In this document: piece by piece, positions 37,416 through 49,314 of the stretch | Position numbering within the stretch: position 1 is the stretch's first letter | Layout: each line of letters starts with the position of its first letter | NCBI GenBank assembly: GCA_024137785.1 | Contig: JAHRHZ010000133.1 | Coordinates: forward strand, 34,115,905 to 34,179,904 | From: Ginglymostoma cirratum | Lineage: Eukaryota | Length of the DNA stretch: 64,000 bases | Reading direction: 5' to 3' | Translations under genes and position numbers: made by a program | The notes under the pieces: model-generated | Told to the model about the DNA's origin: nothing | The model's database searches: none | Seen by the model: only the letters and a program-made list of their open reading frames with translations

Positions 37416-37689
37416 TGTGTGGAATAAGGGGTTATATCAATTGTTGCGGTTGAGCAGTTGTCATGTTTCAGCTGATTGATTGACGCCAAGCCAGTGGATA
37501 GATTCATCGGCCAATCTCTCAGCCTTATCAGTACTCATGTGACCTCTATTTATACAGTAAAGTGGAATGTAGAGCTTGTTAATTAATTCAGAGATAAAAG
37601 GTACTGCAGATGCTGGAGAATCCGAGATAACAAGCATGGGGCTGGATGAACACAGCAGGTCAAGCAGCATCATAGGAGCAGGAAAACTT

Positions 37690-37717
37690 GACGTTTCAGG
37701 CCTAGACCCTTCATCAG
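37690..37717 (-). ncRNA. Minimal hammerhead ribozyme motif (stem II closing pair weakened)
   Basis: Minus strand CUGAUGA-AGGGUCUAGGCCU-GAAA-CG-UC. Confidence 0.6.
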
Positions 37718-37764
37718 AAATGGGGGAGGGGAAGAGGGTTCTGAAATAAATAGGGAGAGGGGGA

Positions 37765-38378
37765 GGTGGATAGAGGATGGAGAGAGGAGAGGATAGGTGG
37801 AGAGGATAGAGGAGAGGATAGGTGGAGAGGATAGGTGGAGAGNNNNNNNNNNAGAGGATAGGTGGAGAGGATAGAGGAGAGGATAGGTGGAGAGGATAGA
37901 GGAGAGGATGGGTGGAGAGGATAGAGGAGAGGATAGGTGGAGAGGATAGGTGGAGAAGATAGAGGAGAGGATAGGTGGAGAGGATAGGTGGAGAGGATAG
38001 AGGAGAGGATAGGTGGAGAGGATAGGTGGAGAGGATAGGTGGAGAGGATAGAGGAGAGGATGGGTGGAGAGGATAGAGGAGAGGATAGGTGGAGAGGATA
38101 GGTGGAGAGGATAGAGGAGAGGATAGGTGGAGAGGATAGAGGAGAGGATGGGTGGAGAGGATAGAGGAGAGGATAGGTGGAGAGGATAGGTGGAGAAGAT
38201 AGAGGAGAGGATAGGTGGAGAGGATAGGTGGAGAGGATAGAGGAGAGGATAGGTGGAGAGGATAGGTGGAGAGGATAGAGGAGAGGATAGNNNNNNNNNN
38301 AGAGGATAGGTGGAGAGGATAGGTGGAGAGGATAGAGGAGAGGATAGAGGAGAGGATAGGTGGAGAGGATAGAGGAGA
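37765..38378 (+). repeat. Purine-rich minisatellite of interspersed 13-bp GGATAGGTGGAGA and 12-bp GGATAGAGGAGA units; two 10-N gaps
   Basis: Read directly. N runs at 37843-37852 and 38291-38300. Confidence 0.95.
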
Positions 38379-38899
38379 GGGTCTTGGCCCGAAACGTCAA
38401 GTTTTCCTGCTCCTATGATGCTGCTTGACCTGCTGTGTTCATCCAGCCCCATGCTTGTTATCTTGTTAATTAATTGCTTGTTTGTATTTGAAAATTACTT
38501 TCCTAGAGTGTTCTAGTTTGACTCTAACTGACCAGCAAGAGCATACTTGCTCAGGGACCTGTTTATTTGCTTTGTAGTGCAGCTAGACATAATAGTATGC
38601 TCAACTACCTTGTTTATTTATGACCAAAGTGAATGAAATCAATGCAGAATCAATCTTTAAATGCAGAATTGATGATATCCACATGTAGGTCTAGGGGACT
38701 ATCTTATTTGCTAAGTCAATTTTAAGTTTTCTAAGAATATTTGGAATAGTTGTCTGTGAGTATGTACTTTGAAATTATATCCTTCGATCTTAACAAGTAG
38801 ACATTGTAGTTGTAGAAGGGCACTTATGACGGGTTTTTGGCATCATTTTAAGCCATTTGTGTTACAATTACCAAATAGGTACATATGGAACATTTGTAG

Positions 38900-40000
38900 T
38901 CCAAAAACTAAGCAAAAGTTTCTATTTTTACTTTGGAGTCATTTGCCTGATTTGCCCTAAGGATTTTAGGGCCAAATGCAACTGACTCATCTTCCTGTAG
39001 TAGATATACTCTGAGGTCTTTCAGGGATGCATCTGCTTCCAGTGTGGTAAGCTTGGAGGGATCATAATTCTGAAGAACACACTTGTTGGTGATCTTCCTA
39101 GCACATGAACAGCATACAATTCCTGATCCTGAAGAGGAGATATTTTGGTCAGGAAATTTAGATACAGGGAGATGAAATATTGACAAAACCAAAGCATCTT
39201 TGTAGGTCATCTTTGCCTTGTTGTTCACAACATTTGGACATCTTCTGTTTTGATAAGCTCAGATCTAATACCGTTTGAAAAGTAGGTTGACCTGAAAAAG
39301 TTAGAGTAGCTCATGTTGATTTGACATGTTTAGGCATGTTGAAAAAATGACCATGTGTTTTTGTTACTGCCATGTGCTGATGAATGTTTGTGACATGCAC
39401 ATATTTAGCTCTCCCAATAAGTGCAATATAATTTACAATACAAAAACAACCTGGTATATTCTGAGAGATAATCCAAAAGTTAATCTGCGAAACTAGTATC
39501 TACCAAAAGGTGTTCTAAATGTTGACCTGTGATTCCAGGAAAAACATTTGTGCAATAATCCATTCTTAGCATAAAGCTTAGAAAAATGTGTCACACTCAA
39601 AATCTTGGGATTAAGCTCTTCCAGCATGGGAATCTGTTTGCATATTTCTGTTGCATGATATTCAGTTGCCTTGGTTCCAAACATACATGAAGAATGATAT
39701 GTGCGTTCAAAACACAAGCAATAAGGTTTTGCCTATCAGCCTGATGCTGCACTTTATGAATTATGTTGTTTTGTAGCAAAGATTACAAACCTGTTTTTGC
39801 TGTTTCAAAAATATAAATGATGTCAGGTGCCTAAGGAGCCCTGTTGAGATTTAAGACGAAAAATGCAATCCACGAACACTTCGTAAGCAGTTAACTTGTG
39901 TGTGGATTGCACTGTATTGTGCCAGTTCCCTGCATAAATTTCATATAAGGTGCATAATGGGATGATATTTGTAGTTGCACCAATCTCAATATTAACATTT
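38900..40000 (-). mobile_element. Possible ancient Penelope-type RT/endonuclease remnant
   Basis: ORF 39597-39779 'RQNLIACVLNAHIILHVCLEPRQLNIMQQKYANRFP' resembles the PLE RT C-terminal 'NLI..L..RA..IC...L..E...I......NGYP' pattern; 'LTTLEA' near 39040. Very decayed. Confidence 0.3.
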
Positions 40001-41882
40001 ATGCATGTTGTTCATTCTATTACTCACATGGAGGTAAGCATTTTCGGTAAAGCTGAAGCCTTTATGTGTAACATGAAATTGACCTCATGTTCTGTCTGAC
40101 TGAGGTATGGAAGGTGTTAAACTGCTGTTACCTCTTGAAAGTCATTAACTTATTTGTGTGCCATGGATGAGAGTTTGAAATTCTTTTGGTATTGTTCCTG
40201 GCTTTGCTCTTCTTCACATGGTAATGGGGAAATTTTTGTTGTAGTTTGTCCGAGTAGTTTGGATTTCTTGCACATTTTTGTCCAATGTGCTCTTGCAGAA
40301 CATGGATTGCATATGTCAAAAAATGCTTGGCACTCTCTTGGTAGATGAGACAATCCATTTCTTAGGCAAGATTTGAATGTTTGACTGACCTTGTTGCTGG
40401 CTACAATAATTGTTGGAATGTCAAGTTAGTGTATTTCTACTGTCCTACTACAATTAATGCAAACACACCTTTCTTTTAGAATTGTTTCTTGGTGCGATTT
40501 TTACCATTCCCCAGAAGTAACTTTCAGAAAGATTTAAAAGGTTTAAAAGAGGCAATGACCAGGAAGTTAGCTTTTCAGCTAAGTTGGCTTTGGTAAAATC
40601 ATATTCCTTATCTTTGTGTTGACATCTGCCTATAAATTTGTCACTGTTTTTAGCTAGGCTGTTAGCAGTGACAAGTAAGTGAGCTTGTGAATCCTCAAGT
40701 TGGATCAGCACTTAGGATGATCTTCAATATATTGTTTTACAATCATTAGTCAAAATACAGAGGATTTTATTCTTCATAATGTTGTGTTTCCAAAAGCAGT
40801 AAGATTTTGGCTCTCTGCTTTTCTCACTTATCTGTTTTCTTTGGATTGAAGATAAATTGTCCTTTAAATAACTAAAATTCAGAAAGTGTGTCACTGGATT
40901 GCCTGTCCATATTCAGATATTTTCTTTCCATACTTACTGTACTACGTTGTGCACATCAAAATGATAATTATGCAAATGGACTGTATTACAGTAAAATGAT
41001 TCATTTATTTTAAGTTGGCTTCTCTCCTCTATTTTTCTTGTTGCAACTATACTAGAAGTAGCAGGCTTATGTTCGTAGGTGGCATTTATGCCAACAAGTG
41101 AATATTAATGCCTTGCATTTCCTTTATTTTTGTTTTGTTTTTTGTGAAACAAGATGGCAGTATCGACCAATATCTGGACTCAGGTTGCACCTTTTAAATA
41201 CAGAAAATAATTTTCTCCGTGTTTTGATCTATATTTTAATCAAAGATTTGTTTAGAAGGTTGAAGCCATCCTTCAGCACAATTAAAAATACCATATTTTT
41301 TAAAAAATGAGGTCAGTTGCAGAAAGAGAGTGAGAACTCTCAACTGTTCCTATGTTATTGTTGGTATGCTTCAGTTCCATAACTTTCAGTCTTTGCCTTT
41401 AAATATGAACCTCAGTTCTGAACCAGGACATATGCTAGGTGACTGTTGGGAAAATAACTTTTAGCAACTGCTATCCTTTTTCAGCTTGGGTACCAATTTG
41501 CTGTTACCAACTTTGAATGCCTGCTTGCTTTTAGAGTCCACTTGCTGCCAATGCTGCCATTATGCTGTACTTTTGATTTTCTAAATGGTATCCCATGTGA
41601 TGTATACTGTACAGAGTCAGGTTTATCTTAAATCAGATATTTAGATGCTCAATAACAACTAAATCTGTACACAAATATGACATCTCAGGCTCTTATCTAT
41701 GGTCTCAGATATATGTTTGCTTTGATTACTATTGTATTACATATAGAGCCGACTCTCTGACTAACAGGTTATCTGTCTGTCCAACTGACTGTGGAGTGAC
41801 TGACTGCTTACGACTCACTTCACAGAGAGTGAGATATGGGGAGGGATGTTTGGCAGTGGGGAATTTGTGTGTATAGGACTAC

Positions 41883-41884
<2 letters not shown>

Positions 41885-41947
<63 letters not shown>
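41885..41947 (+). repeat. Compound microsatellite (TG)16(AG)15
   Basis: Read directly. Confidence 0.97.
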
Positions 41948-41949
<2 letters not shown>

Positions 41950-42814
41950 CCAAACAAATGTTTATTTGATATTACCAGAGGAACTAATTGAATTTAATTC
42001 AATTCAATTAGTTGTCAGATCTTCAATTGGAAACTCTCACCCTGGTTAGTTCATCATTCAAGATCAGGAGCATGGGTTCAGTCTGTTACACCATCACATT
42101 TTAGAAATAGAGTGTGGGAGATTTATTTATACATCATTAATTAATGAAAGCATCTTTTTCATAGATTCCATGTACAAACTTTATACTTGTACATCATAAT
42201 TGGTAGTTGTTCTATATTTTCTTTCTAGTACTCGAAATTCGAAAAAGTAGCCCTTGGAAATATCTCATAAAATGCTCGCCAAAGAAAAAATATGTCCCCG
42301 ATTCAGACCTTTGAAGGCCACACAATCACAACAAATGTACTTTTATTATACATTTGGTACTGGACTCTCTTACACTTCTTCTGTGAGGTTAGTTATCCTG
42401 AATAATTGGATAAAGAAGGAATGGAGTAGTTTTTAAGAACACTGATGACATCTCCCCCAACAGAAAAGATGTGGATAAGTACAGATAATTTAGAACAGTT
42501 GAAATACCTTCTAAAATAGAGAAGAAAGATGGAAGCACTGAAACTGTGAGGCAAAAACATATCATGCTGTATATACAGCAAGTCAGCAGCATCTGTGAGG
42601 AAAACAGTATGGCCTGGTTTTTCATTGGGCAGTCAACTGTTACTCTGTGTAGATGGGAGATGAGCATGGGGACCCTGCAGAATTCCCATCATATCCAAAG
42701 GAACTGTCTGGGAAAAAGGTCCAACCTGACTCCTCTGCTCTGTGCCCAAAGTGCCTCCCCGCTGCTACAGACTTGGCGCACTCCCCTCTGCAATGCCAAC
42801 CCGGTGCACTCCAC

Positions 42815-44140
42815 TACCCACACTCCACACTCACCAGGGACATCCTTCCCACACTCCACGCTCACCGCCCACATCCTACCCACTCTCCACACTCGCCGCA
42901 CCCGTCCTTCCAACTCTCTACACGCACCGCCCACATCCTTCCATCTCTCCACACTCACCACCCACATCATTCCCACATTCCATACTCACTGCCCATATCG
43001 TTCACACAGTCCACACTCACTGCCCACAGTCTTCCCACACTCCTCACTCACTCCCCACATCCATCCCACTCTCCACACTTACCACCCACATCCTTCCCAC
43101 TCTCCACCCTCACAGCCCATATCCTTCCCACACTCCACACACACCGCCCACATCCTCCCCACGTTCCAAACGCACCGCCCACATCCTTCTCACACTCCAC
43201 ACTCTCTCTCCACATCATTCATACACACCAAACGCACCGCCCACATCCTTCTCACACTCCACACTCTCTCTCCACATCATTCATACACACCAAACACACC
43301 GCCCACATCCTTCCCAATCTCCACAATCATCGCCCACATCCTTCCTACACTCCACACTCACTGCCGAATCCTTCCCAATCTCAACACTCATCACCCACAT
43401 CCTTCCCACTCTCCACACTCACCGCCCACATCTTTTCCACACTCCACACTCACTGCCCACATCCTTTCCACTCTCCACACTCACCGCCCACATCCTTCCN
43501 NNNNNNNNNCACTCCACACTCACTGCCCACATCCTCCCCACTCTCCACACTCATCGCCCACATCTGTCCCACTCTCCACAATCACTGCACATATCCTTCC
43601 GACTCTCCACACTCACCGCCGACATCCTCCCTACATTCCACACTCACTGCCCAATCCTTCCCATACTCCACATCATTCTCACTCTCCAAACTCACTGCTC
43701 ACATCCTTCCTACAGTTCAAACTCACCGTCCACATCCTTCCTACAGTTCACACTCACTGTCCACATCCTTCCTACACTCCACAATCACCTACCACATCCT
43801 TCCCACACTCCACACTCACTGCCCACATCCTCCCCACACTCCACTCTGACCGCCCACAGCCTTCCCACACTCCACACTCACTGCCCACACCCTTCACACT
43901 CTCTACACTTACTACCCGCACCGTTCCACTCTCCACACTCACTGCCCACGTCCTTCGCACACTCCACACTCACCGCCCACATCCTTCCATCTCTCCACTC
44001 TCACTGCTCACGTCCTTTCTACACTCTACACTCACCACCCATATCCNNNNNNNNNNCTCACGTCCTTTCTACACTCTACACTCACCACCCATATCCTTCC
44101 TACACTCCACACTCACTGTCCGCATCCTTCGCACACTCCA
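42815..44140 (+). repeat. C/A-rich minisatellite, ~31-bp unit CTCCACACTCACTGCCCACATCCTTCCCACA; two 10-N gaps
   Basis: Unit spacing of 31 bp (e.g. 43808 to 43839). N runs at 43500-43509 and 44047-44056. Explains the long His/Pro/Thr/Ser ORFs in all three plus frames. Confidence 0.95.
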
Positions 44141-44602
44141 GACTACCACCTGTATCCATCAAACACTCAAAGCCACCAATCCCCTTCCCCGACTCAAGAC
44201 TTTCACCCACATCCATTAACCATGCCCGACTGTTCCCTCCTTCCCCAGCTCTGGGTATGATACATTTCACCCCCTTACTTAACTCTATGTTGCAGCCTCT
44301 ACCTTTCCACCCTTTTCATCAGACCAGATATCTCCCACTCACCCTGACACGTCCTAAACATTACATCATTTAGTCAGCACCCTTACACCCTGTCACCTTC
44401 CTCACCTACCAGCCTATCGTCCCAGGACCGTAACCTCACACTTACCTTTTGTACTTACACTTTAACAGCAGCTGGTGATATGGATGTCTGTGATTCTGGA
44501 CCTTTCATTCAAGAATCCCCATCTGACTGCTGTGGAAAGAGGTGGGGATTGGACGATGGCGGGGGGGTGGGGGGGGGGGAAGTGGGCAAGGGAATTGATG
44601 AG

Positions 44603-44801
44603 AAACCTGTCAGAATGGAAACATGCTGTGCATTTCTGATCAGACTCTTGTATTAGCAATGGGAGTTCTAGTTTTGTAAAGAAAAGGGCCGGTTAGATTA
44701 AGTTGGATTGCACTATCCCTCTTTTTTACAAAACTGGAACTTGCATTTCTGATACAAGATTGTGATCAGAACTGCAGAGCATGCTTCCATTCTGATGGTT
44801 T
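44603..44801. repeat. Imperfect inverted repeat (~85-bp arms, ~28-nt loop)
   Basis: 44603-44688 (aaacctgtcagaatggaaacatgctgtgcatttctgatcag...gttttgtaaagaaaaggg) pairs with 44717-44801 (ccctcttttttacaaaac...tgatcagaactgcagagcatgcttccattctgatggttt). Confidence 0.9.
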
Positions 44802-45635
44802 TATGTTAGATTGCACCCCTCCAAAAAATTCAGCCCAGTGTTTCAGTCTGTAATGTTTGACGGTAAAAGAAAGATGGCAAATAGGATGTAATGGAATCAT
44901 ATCAAGGGGAGGTATCCATGAGCTGTTTCTAATTTTCTCTCACTGTAGTGATGTGTCAATCTTCCAATCAATGGTAAGCTGCCTGCAATGAAACTACAAT
45001 CTGAATTAATATCCTGAATAAATATATAAGTGCTAATTCAATATCATTTGCTTATCTAATCATCCAAAGTCAAAATTGCTTTCCACCTTCTTCAAAACAG
45101 TCAGACAGTTCAAATCAGGGATTAAGATGTCCAGCAAACGAGAAAAGGTGATAATTCCAGTAATTAATAGTCTTCATTATAATTAGCTCCGTGCGGCCAA
45201 ATTATTTACTGGTCAGCCACAATATAAAGTGATTTAATTTGATCTACCCAACTAAGGCTTCTCAGAATTTAATTTTGTTTTCCAGATTTTAATATAACTA
45301 CATTTGTAACAATTAGCCAGGGTCTTGCATCAGGCAGATTGGACACCGAATTTAGAGGGTTAATAAACAACACAAAAGCAAAATGGAATATCATTAAAGC
45401 AATCCTCATGTGCAAGGATGCAATACAAGTTGATGAATCAAAGAATGGCAAATTATGGAAGAAAACCATCCATAGCAAACTGCAAAGTCCATTTATCTTT
45501 AAACAAATTTACGTTTAAAGAAAATACGTCCCTCAAAATAGGTTTTGAGCTCTGCCAAGATCAACGAAAGTTGATTTCACCACAGTCTTATCTACCTTTA
45601 GTTAGTAATATACAATATGACTCAGAGTTAAAGTA

Positions 45636-46212
45636 AGAACATAGAACATAGGAACTGGAGTAGTCTATTCAGCTTGTTAAGCCCACTGCACTACTTAATA
45701 TGATCATGGCTGATTGAACATTTCAATGTCTTCTGCTCACAGAATTCCAATAATCCTTTCTGTTAATGATAACCAAAAATGATCAACTAGTTTAAAATAC
45801 ATAAAAACTGAGCTTCCATAATCTTCTGGGGTAGGACAATTGCAAAGATTCATCAGCGTGTGAGTGAAAAGCATTTTCCTCATCTCTGTGCTAAATGGAA
45901 TCCCCCTTATTTCTAAATTATGCCCTTCGGTTGTTGGTTTCCCAACAAGGTGAAACATCGTAGCTGCATCTATCCTGTTTCCATTTATTAATTTTGTCGG
46001 ATTCAATGAGATCACCTATCATTTTCTATAACTCTAGAGAGTGCAGGCCCAGTTTGCCCAATTTCTCTTCACAGGCCATTCCTACCAACCTGAGAACAGG
46101 CCTATTGAAAATTAGTTAAACTCTGTCTATGGCAATAGTATCTTTCCAAAGATAAGAGGGATAAAAACTGCACAAAGTGCACCAGATGCGGTTAACGAAA
46201 CTCCTGTGTATA
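45636..46212 (-). mobile_element. CR1-clade LINE 3' fragment
   Basis: Tail 'agaacatagaacataggaactggagtag'; ORF 45737-46015 'RIDAATMFHLVGKPTTEGHNLEIRGIPFSTEMRK'. Confidence 0.85.
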
Positions 46213-46479
46213 ATTATTGAGATATAATAAACCTTATCTTGTTACCTAAGACAAGAGCCTGTTCTTCGGAGACTTATTAAAGTGCATCCTCCACCACAGA
46301 CTAGTTAACAATCCATAGACTAGTGTACAATTAAGGATGGGTAGCAGCCCACGGATCACATCATATTATTAAAGTAATGTATTCAATGGGCAACCAATCT
46401 ATTATTGTGTACTTTCTGCCACTATGAAAAGTTAAAGTCAGCTTTACTATGTCCACATTAGGATTGCTCAAATTCAAGG

Positions 46480-46850
46480 TGAAATAGAAGTCAGGGAAAA
46501 GTAATCAGCTGGTATAAATAGCATTGTAGGCTTGGACAAGCTGGATATATTTACGTTAGAAAAGTTCAGGGACAGTTGATTTGAGGTATTTAAAATAATG
46601 AAGAGTCTAGACTGCATCTGTCTGGGGAGTTAATTTGAATTAGATAGTTTCAGAAGAACATCAGGACATATGAAGATAAGCCATGCAGTAGGTTATTCTT
46701 TATAAACATGGAATTAGGTTAGATGTCAGGTGATTCTTCTTTCCACAAAGGGTTCAGAAACTCCACAACAAGTTTCCTGTTCTTGTAGTGAAGACAGATT
46801 TGCTACAAATGTTTGAGATTGAGCTCAACAGTTTCCATGTTGAGATGAAC
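46480..46850 (+). mobile_element. Very decayed CR1-like 3' fragment
   Basis: 'aggcttggacaagctggatatatttacgttagaaaag...tttgaggtatttaaaataatgaagagtctagac' matches 'RL.KL.LF.LEK...IEVFKIMK.LD'. Confidence 0.5.
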
Positions 46851-47542
46851 ATTTGCAAAGAAATGGTCGGTGATATTTTGGATAATGTGCCTCATGATGA
46901 CTGTGGTGTTCTGAATTCATTTTGATTTCCTTTGGGAATGAAAGATGAATTTCCCCAGAATTTGTTTCCATCTGCACTTGCTTTGAGTCAGTTCTGCTGA
47001 AGGATAATTGAACTGAATTAAAAAATGGTCAAACTTGATAGTACTTTGAGTGGCATGGGTACATGGAATAAGAAAAAATGATTCTCACCATCAAGAAAAA
47101 CATTTCTGATTTTCTCGTAATATATAAACAGTGAGCTCTGAACCTCGCTAATGAATGCTGACCATCTTATTTTCATGTGTTTGTAGCTACTAATTGATAG
47201 ACTCATCTCATTGTGATGCAGCTCTCCATTCTCCCCTGCTAGCTTAACAACTAGATAGTGCCAATTCCTCATGTGTAAGTCAGAGCAGTTACCCTGGTTC
47301 CACAGCTTGCTGTCTCCTCCAGCCTTCATCCAACTGCACCATTATCATCAGTGTTTCCCTACATTGTCTATGGATACCATCTTCATCTATTTTTTCCTCC
47401 ATGTAACTTGGAATCACCCACCTGCCAGGCCCACAACATCATCATGGCTGCTTTCTGAACAACTCACACACCATGTCATTTCTTTGGGACATCAATTTGA
47501 AGCTTATGGGTAATTATGCCTTCTTATACATTTCCTCATATG

Positions 47543-49314
47543 TAGAATCACTACAGTGTAGAAGCAGGCCATTCAGCCCTTCGAATCCATAGCAACCCTC
47601 TAGACAGCATTTGATCTTTATGTCATCATTGTCTACAGGAATAGTGCCAGAAAACTGGAGGATAGCAAATGTTGTCCTCTTGTTCAAGAAGGGGAGTAGA
47701 GACAACCCTGGTAATTATAGACCAGTGAGCCTTACTTCGGTTGTGGGTAAAGTGTTGGAAAGGATTATAAGAGATAGGATTTATAATCATCTAGAAAGGA
47801 ATAATTTCATTAGGGGTAGTCAACATAGTTTAGTGAAGGGTAGGTTGTGCCTCACAAACCTTATTGAGTTCTTTGAGAAGGTGGCCAAACTGGTGAATGA
47901 GGGTAAAGCGGTTGATGTGGTGTATATGGATTTCAGTAAAACGTTTGATAAGTTTCCCCACAGTAGGCTATTGCAGAAAATACGGAGGCATGGGATTGAG
48001 GGTGATTTAGCGGTTTGGATCAGAAATTGGCTAGCTATAAGAAGACAGAGGGTGGTGGTTGATGGGAAATGTTCATCCTGGAGTTCAGTTACTAGAGGTG
48101 TACCACAAGGATCTGTTTTGGGGCCACTGCTGTTTGTCATTTTTATAAATGACCTGGATGAGGGCGTAGAAGGATGGGTTAGTAAATTTGCGGATGACAC
48201 TAAAGTTAGTGGAGTTGTGGATAGTGCGGAAGGATGTTGCAGGTTACAGAGGAACATAGATAAGCTGCAGAGCTGGGCTAAGAGGTGGCAAATGGAGTTT
48301 AATGCGGAAAAGTGTGAGGTGATTCACGTTGGAAGGAGTAACAGGAATACAGAGTACTGGGCTAATGGTAAGATTCTTGGTAGTGTGGATGAACAGAGAG
48401 ATCTCGGTGTCCAGGTGCATAGATCCCTGCCACCCAGGTTGATAGGGTTGTTAGGAAGGTGTACAGTGTCTTAAGTTTTATTGGTAGAGGGATTGAGTTT
48501 CGGAGCCGTGAGGTCATGTTGCAACTGTACAAACTCTGGTGCGGCCACACTTGGAGTATTGCGTGCAGTTCTGGTCACCGCATTATAGAAATGATGTGGA
48601 AGCATTGGAAAGGGTGCAGAGGAGATATACCAGGATGTTGCCTGGTATGGAGGGAAGGTCTTGTGAGGAAAGGTTGAGGGATTTGAGGCTGTTTTCATTA
48701 GAGAGAAGAAGGTTAAGAGGTGACTTAATAGAGACATAGAAGATGATCAGAGGATTAGATAGGGTGGACAGTGAGAGCATTTTTCCTCGGATGGTGATGG
48801 CTCGCACGAGGGGACATAGCTTTAAATTGAGGGGTGATAGATATAAGACAGATGTCAGAGGTAGGTTCTTTACTCAGAGAGTAGTAAAGGCGTGGAATGC
48901 CCTGCCTGCAACAGTAGTAGACTCGCCAACTTTAAGGGCATTTAAATAGTCATTGGATAAACGTATGGATGATAAGGGAATAGTGTAGGTTAAATGGGCT
49001 TCAGATTGGTTTCACAGGTCGGCACAACATCGAGGGCCGAAGGGCCTGTATTGCACTGTAATGTTCTATGTTCTATATTCACCCAGACCCACCCATCTAC
49101 CCCTGCATTTCCCATGCCTGACCCACTTAGCCTGCACATCCCTGGGCACTATGGGCAACTTAACATGGCCAATTCAACCAATCCGCAAATCTTTGGGCTG
49201 TGGGAGGAAACTGGGGCACCCGAGGAAACCCATGCAGACGCAGGGAGAATGTGCAAACTCTACACAGTCACCCAATGGTAGAATTAAACCCAGGTCTCTG
49301 GAGCTGTGAGGTAG
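47543..49314 (-). mobile_element. HE1-type SINE split by a CR1 insertion (parts 47543-47610 and 49077-49314)
   Basis: Joining the two parts gives a sequence colinear with the HE1 copy at 14125-14410. Confidence 0.85.
47611..49076 (+). mobile_element. Relatively young 5'-truncated CR1-clade (HER1-like) LINE: RT domain to 3' tail
   Basis: ORF 47611-48474 has 'PGNYRPVSLTS', 'YMDFSKTFD', 'GVPQGSVLGPLLF', 'FADDTK'. It continues after a frameshift (~48428) into '[13 protein letters not shown]' and 'RFFTQRVVKAWNALP'. A few stops; tail (gttctat)2. Confidence 0.97.

Larger units (their letters stand above)
37589..38461 (-). mobile_element. Truncated Penelope-like insertion with inverted pseudo-LTR arm, internal minisatellite and 14-bp TSD
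   Basis: 37624-37805 is homologous to 54206-54390. Arms 37626-37697 and 38391-38462 are exact reverse complements (72 bp). TSD cttgttaattaatt at 37575-37588 and 38462-38475. Confidence 0.9.

Noticed and set aside
37670-38452. Minus-strand ORFs of 260 and 228 aa (LSSPPILSTYP repeats)
   Set aside because: Translation of the pyrimidine-rich strand of the minisatellite.
44007-44096. Exact 40-bp direct repeat on both sides of the N gap at 44047-44056
   Set aside because: Typical unmerged contig overlap at a scaffold gap; probably an assembly artefact.
37765-44140. Tandem arrays considered as CRISPR-like repeats
   Set aside because: No unique spacers, no cas genes, vertebrate context.
42546-44373. 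Long ORFs of 557, 398 and 543 aa rich in His/Pro/Thr/Ser
   Set aside because: All three plus frames are open because the 31-bp C/A-rich unit lacks stop codons; they span N gaps and show no domain. Minisatellite read-through.
47270-47440. Possible Penelope RT C-terminal remnant (similar weak hints at ~1560-1790 and ~20600-20790)
   Set aside because: Only loose motif resemblance across several frameshifts; not supportable without a profile search.
47611-48474. 287-aa reverse transcriptase ORF as a host or domesticated gene
   Set aside because: 5'-truncated CR1 copy with a downstream frameshift, stops and an intact LINE tail, inserted in a SINE.
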